Shown here: piece after piece, positions 10,516-19,236 of the stretch
Layout of the letters: each line of letters begins with the position of its first letter
Numbering within the stretch: position 1 is the first letter of the stretch
From: an uncultured Acidobacteriaceae bacterium
Lineage (GTDB): Bacteria; Acidobacteriota; Terriglobia; Terriglobales; Acidobacteriaceae
Direction of reading: 5' to 3'
Length of the DNA: 64,000 nt
NCBI GenBank assembly: GCA_963731345.1
Contig: CAVSUN010000005.1
Coordinates: 446,311-510,310, forward strand
Program-made: the position numbers and the translations under genes
The notes under the pieces: model-generated
Database searches by the model: none
What the model was told of the DNA's origin: nothing
The model's input: only the letters and a program-made list of their open reading frames with translations

Positions 10516-10681
10516 AGTCGATCGTCGCTTAGGGAAGGCTCTTACGAGTAAGGCCGATACGCCAGCAGCCGACCAAACCGAACTCACGCCACAGCAAAGC
10601 GGCATGCTTGCGGCGTTAGATTTCTGGATGAACGCAGCCGAAGCGCTCCACTGGGCTGCCAACAAGCGAAACGATCCCAAC

Positions 10682-11638
10682 ATGGAAGCTGCCTCGAAAG
10701 CACAACAAGAGCTGGAAAAAATCGAGACCCAGATTCAGCAGTTGCAGGCAGCGGCCGGCGCCAATCAGGAGGCGCAGAAGCAACTGGCCGCCTTGCACGC
10801 CCGCGTCGAAGCTCTGCGGCGTCAGATTTCCGGCGAGCTGACACCGTGGGAGCGCACCGAACTGGCGCGTCATCCCAATCGGCCCTACCCGCTGGATTAC
10901 ATCGAACGCATCTTTCCCGACTTCAGCGAAATTCACGGCGACCGCAGCTTTCGCGACGATCCTGCTCTGGTCTGCGGCATGGCGCGTTTTCGCGGCCGCG
11001 AAGTGCTGGTGCTGGGAACGCAGAAAGGCCGCGACACCAAGCAGCGGCTGCATCGCAACTTCGGCCAGCCGAATCCCGAAGGCTATCGCAAGGCCATGCG
11101 CGCGATGAAGTTTGCCGAGAAGTGGCGGCGGCCCGTCATTTCTCTGGTTGATGTGGTGGGCGCTTATCCCGGACTTGGCGCGGAGGAACGCGGCCAGGCC
11201 GAAGCGATTGCCCGCAACCTGCGCGAGATGGCGCGGCTCGAGGTTCCATTCATCGCGGTGATCACGGGTGAAGGCGGCAGTGGTGGTGCGCTGGCCATCG
11301 CGGTCGCGGATCGCGTGCTCATGCTAGAAAATACTATCTACTCGGTCATTTCCCCCGAAGGCTGTGCGTCGATCATGTGGCGCGACTCCAACAAGAAAGA
11401 CGTTGCTGCGCAGGCCTTACGCATTACGGCCAAGGACATCCTGGAGCTGGGCATAGCCGACGAAGTGATTCCCGAGCCCCCTGGCGGAGCGCACCACGAT
11501 TACGACGACGCGGCAAATATGCTGGCCGATGCGCTGGAAAAGAACCTGGCCGAATTGGAGAAGCTGCCGCTCAAAGAGCTGCTGGACGCGCGTTACAACA
11601 AATTCCGCAACATGGCGCAGTACTTCACGACGGAATAG
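10682..11638 (+). CDS. accA: acetyl-CoA carboxylase carboxyltransferase alpha subunit
   Basis: ATG at 10682. LTPWERTELARHPNRPY, GRDTKQRLHRNFGQPNPEGYRKAMR and ITGEGGSGGALAI are collinear with AccA. Confidence 0.93.
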   Translation: MEAASKAQQELEKIETQIQQLQAAAGANQEAQKQLAALHARVEALRRQISGELTPWERTELARHPNRPYPLDYIERIFPDFSEIHGDRSFRDDPALVCGMARFRGREVLVLGTQKGRDTKQRLHRNFGQPNPEGYRKAMRAMKFAEKWRRPVISLVDVVGAYPGLGAEERGQAEAIARNLREMARLEVPFIAVITGEGGSGGALAIAVADRVLMLENTIYSVISPEGCASIMWRDSNKKDVAAQALRITAKDILELGIADEVIPEPPGGAHHDYDDAANMLADALEKNLAELEKLPLKELLDARYNKFRNMAQYFTTE

Positions 11639-11680
11639 GCCAGCTCCCGCGTTGTGAATGGGAGAATTGGTTGCAATGGC

Positions 11681-11715
11681 GGCGTGTCGCGGCGTCTCGC
11701 GGCGTCTCGCGGCGG
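11681..11715. repeat. 10-bp tandem repeat (GGCGTSTCGC x3 plus a partial copy) inside the left end of the element
   Basis: ggcgtgtcgc ggcgtctcgc ggcgtctcgc ggcgg, read directly from the sequence. Confidence 0.8.
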
Positions 11716-11774
11716 AAACCTGCGTTTTCAGTGCATTGCGCGACTGTTTGAGACCGCGTAGCTCGCGGCGTGGA

Positions 11775-11793
11775 TTCGCGGAATTGCGTGCAA
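11775..11793. repeat. left inner terminal inverted repeat (candidate transposase binding site)
   Basis: ttcgcggaattgcgtgcaa matches the reverse complement of 26040-26058 (ttcgcggatttacgtgcaa) at 17 of 19 positions. Confidence 0.6.
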
Positions 11794-11902
11794 CGACTGA
11801 AATCCGAGCGAACGAACAATCAATAACTTACGGGCTGTAGACGGGGAATCCAAGCGAACGAGAGTCAGGGGAAAACTGCCGCGCTCGCACGACGGATACC
11901 AC

Positions 11903-12289
11903 TCACACACCCTGAGGGGTTGGAGTATGAAACATGACCAGGTTGCTCGCCTCTGTCGGTTTCGCCAGCAAGCAGTCAAAACTCCCCTTCGCCGCAAGTT
12001 CCGCAGCCCACCCGGCCGCCTCAGGTACCAGCGTCGTGTCAACGCCAGCTTCTTGCCAAAGGCGAAGGCACACTGTGGGATATCCCAGCACCGCTGCGAT
12101 ATTGCCTAGTCTCACCCAGTTCTTTACGGATGGCCGAGACGATCCATCCTCCCATCTTGCTACCTGCGATTTTCTGACCTTCATCGCCTTAGCGAGTGTC
12201 GCGTGCGTGAAGCCTAGGTCTCGTATTATCGTGCCGAGCCACGCGCGTTCACCCATCCTTGGTTCTTGAAACCGCAGTACTGTGCCCAT
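11903..12289 (-). CDS. HTH (XRE-like) DNA-binding protein, last gene of the element's early operon
   Basis: ATG at 12289 (MGTVLRFQE). HTH-like FTHATLAKAMKVRKSQVARWEDG. Confidence 0.45.
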   Translation of the reverse strand: MGTVLRFQEPRMGERAWLGTIIRDLGFTHATLAKAMKVRKSQVARWEDGSSRPSVKNWVRLGNIAAVLGYPTVCLRLWQEAGVDTTLVPEAAGWAAELAAKGSFDCLLAKPTEASNLVMFHTPTPQGV

Positions 12290-12452
12290 GAGAAGAATCT
12301 CCTTATTGATTACAGGGGCTGTCCGCCTGCATGGAGACACTCCACTGGGGTGAAATTCGAACAGCGGGCCGTTGCGTGTCTCACATCCGGCCGCTGCCTG
12401 AGGGTCCATTCTTGTGCTGACTGCGACTTCGTAAACTCGTTTGCCGGCTACT

Positions 12453-12986
12453 TCAGCCCACCTTTTGCTGCTTCCACGCCCCGGCCCGTATGAGCATGGA
12501 CTTCAAGGCCCACCATACCTTGTTCGCGTCGGCTAAAGTGCGGATCGCGCGGTCCTCTCGCTTAAGTGGAGATCTGTCCGACTTCAGCCATGCATCGAAC
12601 TGCTCACGCGACCATCCGAGGCGCTGCAGCCCTTTGTCGATTCGGGCGAGGTCATCAGCACTAGCGATCTGGGCCACTTCGGAGCGGACGCCCTTGCGGC
12701 CGGCAATTCCAGCCCGATGGGCCGGATCTCTTGCAGGCACACGACGCCAAGGCTGAGGCCGCTGTCCTAGCTCCTGCCCCAGAGATTCTTTCAGGGTGTC
12801 GATTAACTTTCGAGCTTCGCCGGCGCTGAGTTCGGAAAAGGAAGAGATGCTCCGGGCAAGCTGCTCCGAGGCCCATGCGAGGCGAGCGCCGCGCGAGTCA
12901 ACCTCATCGGTCAACATTCGAGAGTGCCACGCAGCGAAGAGCGTCTGCAATGCAACTACTTGGTCACGCGAGGCGCGTTTGTTCAT
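12453..12986 (-). CDS. GemA/gp16-like (DUF1018-like) phage regulatory protein
   Basis: Size, position directly after the MuB-like gene, and the pattern ALQTLFAAW..LAWASEQL..SSFSELSAGEARKLIDTLK resemble Mu gp16/GemA. 4-nt overlap with the upstream gene. Confidence 0.4.
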   Translation of the reverse strand: MNKRASRDQVVALQTLFAAWHSRMLTDEVDSRGARLAWASEQLARSISSFSELSAGEARKLIDTLKESLGQELGQRPQPWRRVPARDPAHRAGIAGRKGVRSEVAQIASADDLARIDKGLQRLGWSREQFDAWLKSDRSPLKREDRAIRTLADANKVWWALKSMLIRAGAWKQQKVG

Positions 12987-13963
12987 GCGCCCGCCTTCAG
13001 GAGCTGGCGTTCGCGCAGCGTCGCCGTCAGCGAGCGGATGTTTATGTACTGCTTCCCGTGGTTGTAGGCGTCGGTGCGCATTGCCAGCTTGATGGCCTTC
13101 GCGATCATGCCCTGGCTCATATCGGGAGCTTCATGCGCGGCGACCTCGCGCGCTTCTTCTTCGGTCAAACCCGGCAGCACAACCTTGTCCACCAGGCGGT
13201 CGTTCCACTGGCCCAGGCGCGCCGACAGCCGGTTGAATTTGGTGAGCAGCGTGTGCATCCCACACAGTAAGAGCGAGAAATAAGGCGGCCGGTCGAGCAG
13301 GGCCCGAACAGTCTCCAGGCACGTAACCCAGTCGCTCTCGTTGGTTCCGAGGTTCTGCGTCTCGTCAAGGGCCAGCATCACGCGCCGGTTGCGGAAGTCC
13401 CAGGCCAGGTTGCGCCGGATGCGGCACTTGTCGCCGGCAGCCGAGGAGCCGCACGCAATGGCGATATCCTTCATCAGCTGCGTCGGCTTCATGTCCGGAA
13501 CGCAATAAACGTAGTAGGCGAGTCGGCCCTCGCCGTTGCGCGGCATCTCTTCGCGGTTCAGGCGCGCGATCTCATATTCCAGAGTGAATGACTTCTGTGA
13601 TCCCGGCGGACCGTAAACCATAAGAGCCGATGGGCGCTTAAGCAGCTTCTGAATCGAGCGCCGGATCAGCCGCGCGTTCTCGGTCTCGTAGAGCGCGCCC
13701 AGGACCTGTTGCGGCGGTTCGATGGGATGTTCGTGAATAAACTGTTCGATCGCTTGGCACAGCAAACGGTGCGTGCCAGCAATGTTGTTGTAGCGATCGC
13801 TGCTGAATTGCTGAAGTGTTTTCTCGGAGTAGTTGACGCGGCGGGCAAAATCTCCAAGCGTCAGGCCGCTGCGCGTCAGATAGTTTTTCATCAATGGCAT
13901 CACCCGCGCGCGGTCACCGGCTGTTTCGTATAGCTTCTTTTTGTGCTCTTGGCCCTGGGTCAT
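12983..13963 (-). CDS. MuB-like AAA+ transposition ATPase with N-terminal HTH
   Basis: ATG at 13963 overlaps the transposase stop (ATGA). N-terminal HTH LTLGDFARRVNYSEKTLQQFSSDRYNN, Walker A VYGPPGSQKS, Walker B VMLALDETQNL. Confidence 0.75.
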   Translation of the reverse strand: MTQGQEHKKKLYETAGDRARVMPLMKNYLTRSGLTLGDFARRVNYSEKTLQQFSSDRYNNIAGTHRLLCQAIEQFIHEHPIEPPQQVLGALYETENARLIRRSIQKLLKRPSALMVYGPPGSQKSFTLEYEIARLNREEMPRNGEGRLAYYVYCVPDMKPTQLMKDIAIACGSSAAGDKCRIRRNLAWDFRNRRVMLALDETQNLGTNESDWVTCLETVRALLDRPPYFSLLLCGMHTLLTKFNRLSARLGQWNDRLVDKVVLPGLTEEEAREVAAHEAPDMSQGMIAKAIKLAMRTDAYNHGKQYINIRSLTATLRERQLLKAGA

Positions 13964-16011
13964 TCTTCCTCCATCAGTATCAGTATCCGTGCAGACTCGG
14001 TCGGGCTCGGTGGCGCGACCGCCGTGTCGTCCGGGCGAGGCGCGAGCCTGTGCGTCATATGCTCGCCCACCGCGAACGGAAGCACGCGGGCCTTTTCGGC
14101 CAGAACCTCCAGCGTGGAGTGCATCCCGGTTTCTGCAGCCAGGCGCTTCACTTCTGAAATCTGGTCGAGCGTGCGGTTCTTCATCCGGCGGCGCTGTGCC
14201 ACCATCGACGAGACGGCTTCGCCGGACGTGGGCGACTGCCCCAGCTTTTCTTCCGGCTTCGCCCAGCACAGCAGCTTGCCGTAGAGATCCAACACCGCAA
14301 TCCCACTGGGGTCATTGCGGTCGTAGGCAATCACCACATCCTGCTCAGCCAGGTCGTGAAGCACGATGGCCGCGGCATCATCGGCCCCGATATAGCGGCG
14401 CCGTCCGAGATAGATGGCGCACTCATGCACCTTGCGCGGCTTTCGCTCGGCCAGCGACAAGGCCACCTCCGACAATGTCAGAGGTGGACGCTGCGCTGGA
14501 TTCATCTCTGCCGCGAAGACGTCGTTCGGCGTGCGGCCATCCATGCCCTCGCCGGAGTGCGGGGTGTTGTTGTACTGCTCAATCCATGCTGCACATAGCG
14601 CCATGAAGGCGGTTGCGGGCGCATGGTTTGAGTGCCGCAGGTACGATGGCCCCATGCGCAGCAGTTTGCGATGCCGTGCCATCTCGACCGAGGTCTCATC
14701 CGGGCGGAGTTCAGGCTTTCCGCCGGTGTAGGTCGGGAAGTGAACCTCGAACTGCTCCTTCATCGTCTTCCAGAGCCGTTCGATCGGCTTCGACTGGCCG
14801 TGGTAAGGCTGGCAGTACTGAACCTGAATGCCCAGGCGCGCCAGCAGCCCAAGCTCGGCTTCACAGAGTTCGCGTTGCTCGCCCTCTTCTTCGCGCGGAT
14901 TGGCTGGCTCAGCCCCGGCACCAATCTTGCGATACGCCTTGCCGTTGTCGACGTAGAAAATCTCGCACGGCCCGAATTGCAGCAGCGGTCCGCGCATGGC
15001 CGTCGCGATCGACACCGAACTCTCTACCGGGGAGAAAGACCAGCCGACGAGCTTGCGTGAGCGGAAACATTGGATGCCGGTAAAACGCAGGCGCAGCGGA
15101 GTGCCGAACTGCAGCTCAGGGAAGCAGTCGTTCCACACTTCCACATCGCAGATCTTGCCATCGGAGCACCAGATCTGGTTCGCGGCCACGTCGACATAAC
15201 TCCGCTTGACGAAGGGCGAGACGCGGTTTTCGTATTGCCGCAGCCCCTCGCGCGCCAAAATGCGCATTGCAGGGGTGATCTCGGAGGTCGACTTCAGCCA
15301 TTCCCGTATCGTCTTGTAATCCGGAAGATCCTCAGCCGGGATGCCAAAGATGTCGTGCTGCTCGATGAGCAAGCGGTGAATTGCCGCTACGCTAAGCTTC
15401 CGCTGGTCAAGGTAGAGGGATGCCGCAACGGCCTTGGCTTTCTGGTGTTTCTCGAAGAATCGGGACTTGCCTTTGTCGCTTCGCTGGCGATCAGCAAGCC
15501 CTACCAGCCCGCATTCCTGATATCTCTGCTGCCAGCGGAAAATCGTCGAGGGGTCTATCCCATGCTGCTTGGCAAGATGCGCTCGCAGCTTAGCGGCGCT
15601 TCCAAAAATGGACCCATCGGGAAGTCGCAGTTCGCTCCTTGGTACGATCGCGACCAATGGCTCGATGATGGCGAAGCGCTCGCGCGCCTGCACCTGTTCT
15701 GCTGCTGAGGCGAATGCGACTTTTGGCCGCTCGTTCGCGGTGCTCTGCTCGACGGCTGCTGTTGCCAAGGCGCGTTCGCGTTCCCGCCATTTCAGCTGGG
15801 CGGACCAAGGTAGAGAGGAGAGGCGATATTCCAAAACGGGCTTGCCGTTGCGAGAGCGTCGCCTGGTCGCACGCGCTTCCAGTTTTGGGGTCCTACTTTG
15901 TAGGACGCGAAGGCTCCAACCTGTTACTGAGAGCACATCATTGCGACTCAGCCACTGGTCAGCCTCGCTGCCCTTGGCCGCGATCGTACTGGCCGAGCGA
16001 ACGGTGCTCAT
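13960..16011 (-). CDS. MuA-like DDE transposase (rve integrase core)
   Basis: 683 aa. N-terminal DNA-binding region. DDE candidates in IWCSDGKICDV, FYVDNGKAYR and GQSKPIERLWKT. Followed by the ATPase gene, as in Mu A-B. Confidence 0.85.
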   Translation of the reverse strand: MSTVRSASTIAAKGSEADQWLSRNDVLSVTGWSLRVLQSRTPKLEARATRRRSRNGKPVLEYRLSSLPWSAQLKWRERERALATAAVEQSTANERPKVAFASAAEQVQARERFAIIEPLVAIVPRSELRLPDGSIFGSAAKLRAHLAKQHGIDPSTIFRWQQRYQECGLVGLADRQRSDKGKSRFFEKHQKAKAVAASLYLDQRKLSVAAIHRLLIEQHDIFGIPAEDLPDYKTIREWLKSTSEITPAMRILAREGLRQYENRVSPFVKRSYVDVAANQIWCSDGKICDVEVWNDCFPELQFGTPLRLRFTGIQCFRSRKLVGWSFSPVESSVSIATAMRGPLLQFGPCEIFYVDNGKAYRKIGAGAEPANPREEEGEQRELCEAELGLLARLGIQVQYCQPYHGQSKPIERLWKTMKEQFEVHFPTYTGGKPELRPDETSVEMARHRKLLRMGPSYLRHSNHAPATAFMALCAAWIEQYNNTPHSGEGMDGRTPNDVFAAEMNPAQRPPLTLSEVALSLAERKPRKVHECAIYLGRRRYIGADDAAAIVLHDLAEQDVVIAYDRNDPSGIAVLDLYGKLLCWAKPEEKLGQSPTSGEAVSSMVAQRRRMKNRTLDQISEVKRLAAETGMHSTLEVLAEKARVLPFAVGEHMTHRLAPRPDDTAVAPPSPTESARILILMEEE

Positions 16012-16460
16012 GCGGCGCGCTCCAACCTGCGTTCGCTGCTGTAGCGCCCTTTCATGTAGTTGAGCACCACTTTGTAACTGGGGGCCTCTCTACCAAGCAC
16101 AAGGCGCAGAGAATTCCAAATGGCAAATGGAGATCGTCCGGGTGCGATGCGCCCGTGGATCATTTGCGCCACATCCGGGTGCTTTCGGAAATAGCGAGAA
16201 CATCCCGCATCACTGCGAGTGTGAGACAGCGCGGCATAACCCCCGCGTTTGTATTTACCGTACCAACTCCAAACGGTGCTCAGGCAAACACCATGTTGAG
16301 CCGCAATCTCCGAAGCGATTTGCTGCAAGGGCGGCCGCAGCTTATAACGCCTCGCGTACGGGCGATTTTGGGTGAACATCGGAGCCAGAGCCAGCAGCCG
16401 ATCGGCACCCGTGAAGCGACTCGGACGGCTACGTCCCCTATGCTGTGTGGTCGTTTTCAC
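16008..16460 (-). CDS. HTH domain protein (transposase-accessory-like)
   Basis: QQIASEIAAQHGVCLSTVWSWYGKYKRGG is a homeodomain-like HTH. 4-nt overlaps with both neighbouring genes. Confidence 0.5.
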   Translation of the reverse strand: MKTTTQHRGRSRPSRFTGADRLLALAPMFTQNRPYARRYKLRPPLQQIASEIAAQHGVCLSTVWSWYGKYKRGGYAALSHTRSDAGCSRYFRKHPDVAQMIHGRIAPGRSPFAIWNSLRLVLGREAPSYKVVLNYMKGRYSSERRLERAA

Positions 16461-16837
16461 CGGTTTTGTCGTTTCCTCGGAGCGCTGATCTGCTCGACCA
16501 ATTCCTGCGCACGTTCGAGCGTCCGCCTGCAGCCAACGACATGCTCGCCAACCTCGATCAGTTGGAGTGACTGCTCATCGAGCAGCAATCGCTGCAGCCG
16601 GTTTGATCCGACTGCCTCGCAGAATGCCCTTACGAAAGCAGCCGGGAACCGCGCAGCGGACTTGCGGGGCGACGTGAAATCGTTCAGCATGGCCTCAGTG
16701 ACACGGACGCTGAGCACTCGGGCCATCTCTTCCGCGATCTGTGGGCGGCTTTTACCGGAGCGCTTTATCGCATCCGACAGAAGCTGTCGCAGGGCTGCGT
16801 CTGGGCTTATGCCAGTTATTTGTTCATCGCTCGGCAT
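16457..16837 (-). CDS. Ner/Cro-like early regulator (HTH)
   Basis: First gene of the leftward operon, divergent from the repressor-like gene. KSRPQIAEEMARVLSVRVTEAMLNDF is HTH-like. Confidence 0.45.
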   Translation of the reverse strand: MPSDEQITGISPDAALRQLLSDAIKRSGKSRPQIAEEMARVLSVRVTEAMLNDFTSPRKSAARFPAAFVRAFCEAVGSNRLQRLLLDEQSLQLIEVGEHVVGCRRTLERAQELVEQISAPRKRQNR

Positions 16838-16884
16838 ATATCTGCTCGCCCCTCCGTGCTACAAGTAACTAACTCATTTTGGTT

Positions 16885-17958
16885 ATGAGTGAGTGTGGCA
16901 TGCAACCCGTCAAACGTCAATCGAAATCTCGGTCCGGAGCTAGTCTCAAGAAGGCACCTGCGGAGCATACTGACAATTCCCAATTTGCTGCTTTCATCCG
17001 GCGTTTCCGTGAGGATATGGGCTACAAAACCCAACAGGCGCTGGCTTCGAAGCTGGGTGTTGATAGGTCTGCGGTAAGCGCCTGGGAAAGCCCGAAGGGC
17101 TACCGGCCATCAGCCGAAACGCTCATCAAAATCGCGAATCTCGCAGACTATCCCTTGTGTAGCCAACTCTATAGCGAGGCTGGATTCGACAACACCAAGC
17201 TGTGGCACGAGTTAAGACGGCAAGCTGCGCCAGGGGCGGGACTGGTGTCGGTCCCATTTTTGGAGTTGCCCGATCCATTCGACCATCCTGAGCGGGTTTG
17301 GCAAATCGGGCCTCCGCTATCGGATCTGGCAGATCAGTCGAACATCGCTTGCATACGGGTCGGCGGTTCTGTGCCTCCCCTTTTCCCGTTCACTAAGGGG
17401 CAGATTGCGTTTGTTGACCGGTCCAAACTCGACTGGTGGGACCTAATCGACACTGGGAGCCTAGTAGCGGTTCACTTCAGCCGGTACCCTGAGAGGCTTG
17501 GCATCGATCGGGAAACAGAGATGCGCTTTTCATTAGGCGTACCCCCTCCAACCCCACGATCGGCTGGACACCAACGTCGGTTTTCGAAGCGCATCAATTC
17601 CGACAAGCCGCTGACGTATCTCACACCGGATTCAGACGGGATGATCGGCCTTGAGGCGATCCACGTTGGATGGCTGGCTATCGATCGCCCAAACGACCCG
17701 GGCTTCCGCATGCTTGGAGACCGAGACAAGTGGCGCGTTCTGCCGGCTGCTGCGGACCCGTGGCGTGTTGTGCTCAGAGGCGCCGATGTAACGGGAGTCA
17801 GCAGTGCGGGGCTCGTACAGCTAACCCAGTGGGAGACCGAGCAGTCTTGGCAGGATCGGCCGCAGATCAGACCTAAGCACGTAACGCTTATCGGTAAGGT
17901 CGCTGCGTGCCTGAGCTCGTCGTTTGGTTACAAAGCGCAAAGGGGGAAAGAAGAATGA
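16885..17958 (+). CDS. repressor-like protein: XRE HTH plus possible S24/LexA-like C-terminal domain
   Basis: HTH FREDMGYKTQQALASKLGVDRSAVSAWES. C-terminal GGSVPPLFPFTKGQIAFVD resembles the S24 GDSMxP..dGd..vD segment. Start is ambiguous (TTG 16879, ATG 16885, ATG 16900). Confidence 0.55.
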   Translation: MSECGMQPVKRQSKSRSGASLKKAPAEHTDNSQFAAFIRRFREDMGYKTQQALASKLGVDRSAVSAWESPKGYRPSAETLIKIANLADYPLCSQLYSEAGFDNTKLWHELRRQAAPGAGLVSVPFLELPDPFDHPERVWQIGPPLSDLADQSNIACIRVGGSVPPLFPFTKGQIAFVDRSKLDWWDLIDTGSLVAVHFSRYPERLGIDRETEMRFSLGVPPPTPRSAGHQRRFSKRINSDKPLTYLTPDSDGMIGLEAIHVGWLAIDRPNDPGFRMLGDRDKWRVLPAAADPWRVVLRGADVTGVSSAGLVQLTQWETEQSWQDRPQIRPKHVTLIGKVAACLSSSFGYKAQRGKEE

Positions 17959-18602
17959 CAACCGCAGCCCTGCAGGCCGATATCGATAAAACACAGCAGC
18001 AAATCGATGCGCTCGCGAAGGCCCGTGAAGACCGGCGCCAAAAGGTCGGCGAGGTCGAATCTGAGCGTCGGAAGTGGCTCATTGCAGCTCGGGTTGATAA
18101 CGAACCAAAAGCGCAAAAGGAAATTGAAAAATACGCGGATCAGCTCGCTGCTATGCAGCGGGATGACTCCCTCGACTATGCGGTCCTCGTGGAGCTACAG
18201 GGGCGCCTCAGGGAGCAAAAGGCCAATTTGGATCGGCAGCATCGGCGTGAGCAGTGCCTTAAGGTCGCGGCACTCATCGAACCGCACGTTGACGGAAAGC
18301 TTGAGAAGCGCCTGCTTGAAGTAGCACTCGAATTGAAGGACATTCTTCTGAAGCTCAGATCGAGGGATGCCGAAATCGGTGCGGCCCTGCGCCAACTAGG
18401 AGGGAACTTCCCCCGCGTTGCAATGGAGCTCCCTTATAGAGAGCGCGACCGAAAAAATGCGGTCGGAAGCATCCTGGAAGGTTTTTTCCCCATGCTAGGC
18501 GGCGGCTGGTGCGGCAATCCGCCGGTCGATGCCGCTAAGTTGTTCGGGGATTGGGTCGAGTTGCTCAACGAGGAGTGCGACAAAACCGCCGCTGCCGCCT
18601 AA
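17955..18602 (+). CDS. coiled-coil hypothetical protein
   Basis: ATG at 17955 overlaps the repressor stop (ATGA), with a GGGGGAAAG Shine-Dalgarno-like run upstream. Heptad-rich and charged. Confidence 0.5.
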   Translation: MTTAALQADIDKTQQQIDALAKAREDRRQKVGEVESERRKWLIAARVDNEPKAQKEIEKYADQLAAMQRDDSLDYAVLVELQGRLREQKANLDRQHRREQCLKVAALIEPHVDGKLEKRLLEVALELKDILLKLRSRDAEIGAALRQLGGNFPRVAMELPYRERDRKNAVGSILEGFFPMLGGGWCGNPPVDAAKLFGDWVELLNEECDKTAAAA

Positions 18603-18622
18603 GTTTTCCGAAGGGAGAAGCA

Positions 18623-18829
18623 ATGGCGCTTCGCTGCATCATGGCGCTGCCGGAACGCGTCGCGCAGGGGTTGTGCCAAGGCGATATCCCCCCGGAGCGC
18701 GCTCGGAGGAATGCAGTCACCTGCTGCGATGAGTGCTCCAGAGAATATCGCCGCCATAGGCGTTCTGAGCACGCGGAACGAAAATGCCGCCGCCTCTGTG
18801 GTAGGGCGTTCCGTAAACGAAGGTCCTGA
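18623..18829 (+). CDS. small basic Cys-rich (zinc-ribbon-like) protein
   Basis: ATG at 18623 after GGGAGAAG. CCDECSREYRRHRRSEHAERKCRRLC. Confidence 0.35.
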   Translation: MALRCIMALPERVAQGLCQGDIPPERARRNAVTCCDECSREYRRHRRSEHAERKCRRLCGRAFRKRRS

Positions 18830-18876
18830 GGGGCTGTGCTCAGTGCGCACAGTGCTGTTCATGAGAGCGGGAGGCG

Positions 18877-19113
18877 GTGAAGTTTTCGATGAGAGACTCA
18901 AGGGCGGTTACTTATGTGATTCCCCAGGGTGCGATCCTCGAAGAGACGGAAGAGATAGCGAGTTGTCAGTTGGTCGCTGATGGAGCGACCTGCAATCGCC
19001 CAGGCAAGGTCTTTAGGGTCCTGGAAGGCGACTGCGAGCCCGACGAGGTCTGCTTCTGCTCAGTATGTGTGTTCAACGCGCTGGGGCCGGCCGAAGATTT
19101 TCCGAAGAACTAG
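18877..19113 (+). CDS. small Cys-containing hypothetical protein
   Basis: ORF only. Start uncertain (GTG 18877 or ATG 18889). Confidence 0.3.
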   Translation: MKFSMRDSRAVTYVIPQGAILEETEEIASCQLVADGATCNRPGKVFRVLEGDCEPDEVCFCSVCVFNALGPAEDFPKN

Positions 19114-19236
19114 GACACCGGAGATTTTCTAGGTTGTCAGAGTTGAAAGCTTCTCTCGCCCGGTAAACCTCCTGACGGCGAGAGGCGAAAAGGGGAGCGC
19201 GGTTGCCCAGCCGTGCTCCCCTTGGAGATGAGGAAA

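Noticed and set aside
11681-11715. Possible CRISPR-like or other repeat array
   Set aside because: It is only three and a half contiguous 10-bp units with no spacers. It is a simple tandem repeat inside the transposon end. No CRISPR array is visible anywhere in the window.
13964-14269. N-terminal 102-aa extension of the MuB-like ORF (and ORFs 13941..14606, 14613..15083, 15070..15708, 15714..16868 in other frames)
   Set aside because: The extension and the other ORFs overlap the transposase gene. The ATG at 13963 forms an ATGA junction with the transposase stop and starts exactly where the MuB-like HTH begins.
11665-17958. Hypothesis that the odd gene order of the Mu-like element is due to inversion of the early region
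   Set aside because: An inversion carrying the original left end would place that end internally and in direct orientation to the right end. Instead, the matching repeat sits at the outer left boundary in inverted orientation.
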